Below are positions 59,665 through 64,000 of a DNA stretch of 64,000 nt, one piece after another. The translations under genes were made by a program, and so were the position numbers. The notes under the pieces are model-generated. The model saw nothing but the letters and a program-made list of their open reading frames with translations, had not been told where the DNA came from and made no database searches. Source of the stretch: Elusimicrobiota bacterium (GTDB lineage Bacteria; Elusimicrobiota; Elusimicrobia; Elusimicrobiales; UBA9959); NCBI GenBank assembly GCA_036574205.1, contig JAINCQ010000017.1, positions 37,722-101,721 on the forward strand. The letters run 5' to 3'. Numbering within the stretch: the first letter of the stretch is position 1; each line of letters opens with the position of its first letter.

Positions 59665-60708
59665 TCATATATTTTGAAATATCTCATTTGTTTCTTTTTC
59701 AAAATTATCTATTGAAAACTTTAAATCCACCTTTGCTTTATTCTTTTCTCCAATTTTCATTAATTTTTCAAAATCAAGGTTTTCAATTATTTTTGATGCC
59801 AGAGCATCAACATTGTTGGCTGGATACAAATAATCTTTATCTATAAATTCTGGCAAAGATCCTACATTGCTTGAAATCACAGCCCTAGCCATATTCATCC
59901 ATTCAAGAGCCACTCTTGAAACAGCCTCACTTGATATTGATGATATTATTCCAAGGTGACATTCTCCCATTAAATCAAATACGTTTTTTACAAAACCAAA
60001 ATATTTAAAATAACTTCTAAAATTTTGAGGTATTAATTTTTCTATATCTTTCCATTTTATATTTGCTTCTTTCCCTGAGATATAAAACAAAATATTATTA
60101 TTCTTTTTAAGCACTTTTAAAGCCGCACTTATAAAATTTATGTGTCCTTTGACAGGATCAAGCCTTCCAACTATTCCTATTTTAAAAGGAAGTTTTAATT
60201 CAAAGGGTTTTAAAATCTGATCTGGTGGTGGTGCATAAATAGTTTTAAGCATTATTTTTTTAAATCCTGCATTTAAATACATTTTTTTTATATATTCTGA
60301 TCCACATATAATCGCTTTTATTTTAGAATATGTAAAACTTTTTTTAATCTTTCTTGCGTCAGACTTTGTCCTTATTATTTTTATATCTTTACACAAAAGA
60401 CTTATAAGATATGAAAGTGTTTGCATCCTTCCAGTGTGAGCATTTAAAATATCTATTTTCTCTTTTTTTATAAATTTGCAAAGTTTATAAATTTCTACAG
60501 GGTTTAATATTTTTTTTCTATCAGATATCAAAAAGGTTTTATATTTTTTACTATTTGCAAGAAAATATGCATTACTTTTGAACGGAGCTGCAAAATATAT
60601 GATATTTCCAGCTTTTTCAAGCGCCTCGGATTGTTTTATAGCATAGTCACATAACCCGCTATGCCAGGGGATATCTATGAGGTTAAGTATTTTTAATTGC
60701 CTTTTCAT
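59665..60708 (-). CDS. GT4 family glycosyltransferase
   Basis: VGRLDPVKGH and SE..SRV.LEW...VG.LPE motifs. Confidence 0.88.
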   Translation of the reverse strand: MKRQLKILNLIDIPWHSGLCDYAIKQSEALEKAGNIIYFAAPFKSNAYFLANSKKYKTFLISDRKKILNPVEIYKLCKFIKKEKIDILNAHTGRMQTLSYLISLLCKDIKIIRTKSDARKIKKSFTYSKIKAIICGSEYIKKMYLNAGFKKIMLKTIYAPPPDQILKPFELKLPFKIGIVGRLDPVKGHINFISAALKVLKKNNNILFYISGKEANIKWKDIEKLIPQNFRSYFKYFGFVKNVFDLMGECHLGIISSISSEAVSRVALEWMNMARAVISSNVGSLPEFIDKDYLYPANNVDALASKIIENLDFEKLMKIGEKNKAKVDLKFSIDNFEKETNEIFQNI

Positions 60709-61777
60709 AAACCTCTAAAGTTTTTTTAGCCATAGATTTTGTTGTATAGTTTTGAGAAAGTTCCATTGATTTTAATGAAAATTTTTTTATTAAACTACTA
60801 TCACCTGCTATTTTTAATATTGCTTCAGCCATAAGTTGCGGATTTTCTTTTGGAACTATAAGTCCATTTTCGTTATGAGTTATTAATTCAGGTATTCCGC
60901 CTGCATTAGTTGCTACAATAGGCAGACCACAAGCCATAGCTTCAATTAAAACACTCCCAAGTCCTTCTTCTTTTGATGGAAGAACGAATATATCTATTGA
61001 TTTTAGAAAGCCTATGTTATCTTCAACATAACCTAAAAGCTTAAAGTTTTCTTCTATTTTTAACTTTTTTATTAAATTTTCACATTCTTTTTTCAGTTGT
61101 CCTTTGCCGCCTACTAAAAATTCAAGATTTTTATTTTTTTCTAAACATATTTTAGCGGCTTTTATTAGGTTAAATGGATCTTTATGTGGCGTTAAAGCTA
61201 TTAATGAACCTATCCTAATTTTATTAGAACTGACTCGTCTTTTTATGTTTTTTAAATTTAAAAAAATATCTTTATCAATAGATGAGTAGATGAGATTTAT
61301 ATTACTGTCTTGAAATCCTTCATCAATGAGTTGTTTTTTTATTGCCTGAGAAACAGCTATTATTTGATCAGCTTTTCTATACTTAAATCTGGATAAAAAA
61401 TTATTTTTAATTTTAAAGTCTACCCTTCTATGAATAACTATTTTCGCATTTATAAAAAAAGAGGCTAATACAGCTATGCTTGCAGCATGAGCAGTATGTG
61501 AATGGATTATTATTTGTTTACTATTTTTATTTATTTTTTTTATTTTATATACAAGCATTATAGCAGAGATTATATCCCAGTCAAAAAGATAAGGTATGGT
61601 TATTGCAGTTATATTATTTTTGGCCGCATTTAGATGAAGTGGAGAGTTTTTTCTTAAAACTATATAATTTTCAATCCCAATTTCATTAAGTTCTTTTGCA
61701 AGGTAGAAACATTGTCTTGTCCCACCTCTAAAATCTTTTGCATCATCTAAGTGAAATACAATAATATTATTTTTCAT
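60683..61777 (-). CDS. GT4 family glycosyltransferase
   Basis: RGG.RQ, HRRVDF and PSKEEGLGSVLIEAMACG motifs. Confidence 0.92.
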   Translation of the reverse strand: MKNNIIVFHLDDAKDFRGGTRQCFYLAKELNEIGIENYIVLRKNSPLHLNAAKNNITAITIPYLFDWDIISAIMLVYKIKKINKNSKQIIIHSHTAHAASIAVLASFFINAKIVIHRRVDFKIKNNFLSRFKYRKADQIIAVSQAIKKQLIDEGFQDSNINLIYSSIDKDIFLNLKNIKRRVSSNKIRIGSLIALTPHKDPFNLIKAAKICLEKNKNLEFLVGGKGQLKKECENLIKKLKIEENFKLLGYVEDNIGFLKSIDIFVLPSKEEGLGSVLIEAMACGLPIVATNAGGIPELITHNENGLIVPKENPQLMAEAILKIAGDSSLIKKFSLKSMELSQNYTTKSMAKKTLEVYEKAIKNT

Positions 61778-61824
61778 TATGTATATTTTATATTATTTAT
61801 AGATTTTTTTTGTAAAATAGATAT

Positions 61825-62757
61825 ATGAAAATTGGAGTTTTTGTTCAAAATAGAGATTTTTTTGGAGCAAAATTAATTCATATCCCTTTGCTTTATTCTC
61901 TTACTAAAAAATATCCAGACTCTGAAATAATTGTTTTTACACCTTATAAAGATAATCATATATTTATCGAGTCTAAACTTGTAAAAAAGGTTATCTCTTA
62001 TAATTCTGTTTCTCTTTTTTCTATTGTTAAAATATTAAGAAAGGAAAAGTTTGATATACTCATTTCATTAAGACCATCTTCTACTTATGTAAATCTGGCA
62101 TTATTTTTAAGCGGGGCGAAAGAGAGGATCGGTTTTAAAAATCTAATTTCTTTTCTTTCCAATACCACGACAAAAATATACAATAAAAACATTTATAGAG
62201 CTTTAGCTTTTATGGATGTTATAGACTCAGAAACACCTATAGATTCATATTTTTCTTTGTTTGATTCAATTAAATTATCAGATAAAAAAAACATATTTAT
62301 TTTACCAGGTGGAGGTGAAGGTAATTTCAAGAAATGGGACATAGAAAAATACATTTCTCTATGTGAAAAAATTGGAAGCAAGGATTTTTATTTTGTTTTT
62401 GTTTTAGGATCTATGGAGAAAAACTATGAGGATGATATTAAAAAATTTATTATGAATAATGAAGGCACAATACTTTTTAATAAAACTTTATCAGATTTAA
62501 TATCTTATTTTAAAGGCGGAGATCTTTTTATATCAAATGATTGTGGTCCTGCGCATATAGCTCAGATGATGAAAAAAACTATGCTGATTTTATACTCTGA
62601 TTTCTTTGGTGATGCGGATAAAGTTATAAAGGAATGGTTTTTACCTCATAACTATTCACGGTTTATAAAAAGCAAAAGATTTAAATCTATAAACACAATC
62701 TCTGTTGATGAGGTTTATGATAAGGTTAAGGAACTGCTTTCTCTAATTGAAAGATAG
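61825..62757 (+). CDS. GT9 family glycosyltransferase
   Basis: RIGF, PGGG...K.W and ISNDCGPAHIA motifs. Confidence 0.88.
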   Translation: MKIGVFVQNRDFFGAKLIHIPLLYSLTKKYPDSEIIVFTPYKDNHIFIESKLVKKVISYNSVSLFSIVKILRKEKFDILISLRPSSTYVNLALFLSGAKERIGFKNLISFLSNTTTKIYNKNIYRALAFMDVIDSETPIDSYFSLFDSIKLSDKKNIFILPGGGEGNFKKWDIEKYISLCEKIGSKDFYFVFVLGSMEKNYEDDIKKFIMNNEGTILFNKTLSDLISYFKGGDLFISNDCGPAHIAQMMKKTMLILYSDFFGDADKVIKEWFLPHNYSRFIKSKRFKSINTISVDEVYDKVKELLSLIER

Positions 62758-62787
62758 TTATAAAAAAGTGATTATTTTGAAGGTTTG

Positions 62788-62860
62788 TGGACCCGACCGG
62801 GATCGAACCGGCGACCTTACCCATGCCAAGGGTACGCTCTCCCAACTGAGCTACGGGCCC
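62788..62860 (-). tRNA. tRNA-Ala(GGC)
   Basis: GGGCCCG/CGGGTCC acceptor stem with G3:U70, TACCC-TT GGC AT-GGGTA anticodon arm. Confidence 0.96.
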
Positions 62861-62874
62861 TTATTTCAATAATA

Positions 62875-64000
62875 TTATACAAAATAAAAAAATATGATTG
62901 TGTTTAAAAGATAGAAAGGTAATGTCAATAATTTTGTGTAATTTCTCAAAAATTGGGTATCCTCCATTATATTCAAATTGTTGCCATATTTTTTATTCAT
63001 TCTATAAAATATTGCATATATTATCCTTTCTAAACTATCCCTATTTTGAAAACAACTCATTGTCCGCGTCCTTCTTCTTACTTCACGAAACACCCTCTCT
63101 ATTGCATTTGTAGTTCGTAAGTGCTTGGAAAATTCCTTAGGACATCTGTAAAAATTCAGTAACTCATTTATATCTTCTTCTAAACATTTAACTGCATCAG
63201 GTAATATACTCTCCCATCTTTTCCTCCACCCTTTGTATATCCATAACGCTCTATCATAATTGTCTGCCCTGTATATCTTTTTAGCATCTTCTATGCAATC
63301 ACTATGCCGTTTAGGAACTCGTTTGGCTACATTCCTCAATTTATGTGCCCAGCAAAGTTGCGGCAAGGCATGTGGATATATCATATTAATCGCATTCCTC
63401 AACCCTTTATTACCATCAGTTATTATCAACTTCAACTTCTTACCTTCTAATCCACGATGGTATAACCTATTTAAAAAGTTACTCCATGCCGCCTCTGACT
63501 CCCCATGCTTGGCTAATTCAAAATCTATTAGCTCCTTCTTAAGATTTATTTCACCTCTCTCACATCCCTCCATCCACATACCATATACCACTAAAACACA
63601 CCTGCGACTCTTATTTACTGGACTTTTTACATTCAAATATATACCATCTAATATCAAATATTCATATTTGTCATCTATTTTCTTGTTATGAAATCTTTTT
63701 ACTTGCTTGTTTAATACTTTCGTAACTTTGCTTACTAATCCACAACTCACTGTTTTATAACCATATAAAGGTTCTAATACTTCCTCCACCTTGCGAGTAG
63801 AAACTCCATTTAAAAACATCCCCATTATTAGCCTGTCTACTGTTTTCATACGCCTCTGGTATCTTTTAAATATCTTCCAATTTATCCTGCCTTCCCTTAC
63901 ACGGGGAACATTTATCCCCGCTATATACCCCATGCTCGTAAGTAAATTACGCTGATAATAGCCATTACGATATGTCTTCCTATTGGGATTGTGCTCCCAT
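62875..64000 (-). CDS. IS256 family (Mutator-like) transposase, 5' end beyond window
   Basis: YRNGYY.R.L.T..G, GVSTR, LDG, ITDG, Q.C.AH..RN and RTTN.IER...EVRRRT motifs; frame stays open to the window edge. Confidence 0.95.
   Translation of the reverse strand, partial: WEHNPNRKTYRNGYYQRNLLTSMGYIAGINVPRVREGRINWKIFKRYQRRMKTVDRLIMGMFLNGVSTRKVEEVLEPLYGYKTVSCGLVSKVTKVLNKQVKRFHNKKIDDKYEYLILDGIYLNVKSPVNKSRRCVLVVYGMWMEGCERGEINLKKELIDFELAKHGESEAAWSNFLNRLYHRGLEGKKLKLIITDGNKGLRNAINMIYPHALPQLCWAHKLRNVAKRVPKRHSDCIEDAKKIYRADNYDRALWIYKGWRKRWESILPDAVKCLEEDINELLNFYRCPKEFSKHLRTTNAIERVFREVRRRTRTMSCFQNRDSLERIIYAIFYRMNKKYGNNLNIMEDTQFLRNYTKLLTLPFYLLNTIIFFYFV
62918..64000 (-). mobile_element. IS256 family insertion sequence (partial); right terminal inverted repeat at about 62918-62941
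   Basis: ggtaatgtcaataattttgtgtaa resembles IS256-type ends; the transposase ORF reads through it into flanking DNA. Confidence 0.8.

Noticed and set aside
62861..62941. Hybrid promoter from the IS-end TTGACA driving tRNA-Ala
   Set aside because: The TTGACA is more than 40 nt from the TATAAT, and there is no good -10 box at 16-18 nt.
2615..63691. Numerous 60-170 aa antisense or alternate-frame ORFs inside well-supported genes
   Set aside because: Shadow ORFs with no motifs or translation signals.

Overview
AT-rich bacterial chromosomal window from a probable anaerobe with an LPS-type envelope. Gene content is reminiscent of Elusimicrobiota, but I cannot verify that here. 1-17 kb: O-antigen/LPS cluster (wzx, GT2/GT4/GT9 glycosyltransferases, two Wzy/WaaL-family proteins, wbaP) interrupted by three AAA_14+DUF4143 (COG1373) ATPase/nuclease genes. 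17-55 kb: mostly housekeeping (thrS, rplU-rpmA-obgE, rpsU-dnaG-rpoD, rplM-rpsI, XdhD-like molybdoenzyme, glnA, Rrf2-rubrerythrin-Tpx-desulfoferrodoxin-rubredoxin cluster, pyrE, gap-cDPGS-like-pgk-secG). 55-64 kb: lysA, an amidase, more GTs and an IS256 element running off the right edge. Four tRNAs: Val-GAC, Arg-GCG, Leu-GAG, Ala-GGC. Three non-canonical signals stand out. (1) A family of GC-rich, covarying multi-hairpin elements lies directly behind tRNA-Leu and tRNA-Val; most copies end in a duplicate of the last 17 nt of the host tRNA, and the tRNA-proximal copies start with the reverse complement of that tRNA's T-arm. (2) A DUF559 (Vsr-like) endonuclease is embedded in REP-like paired palindromes, with a nuclease-less copy of the palindrome module at tRNA-Val. 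(3) The AAA-DUF4143 genes look like inserted cassettes with flanking duplications of neighbouring gene ends, leaderless promoters and gene-specific operator palindromes. Product calls come from motif recognition only; no database searches were run.
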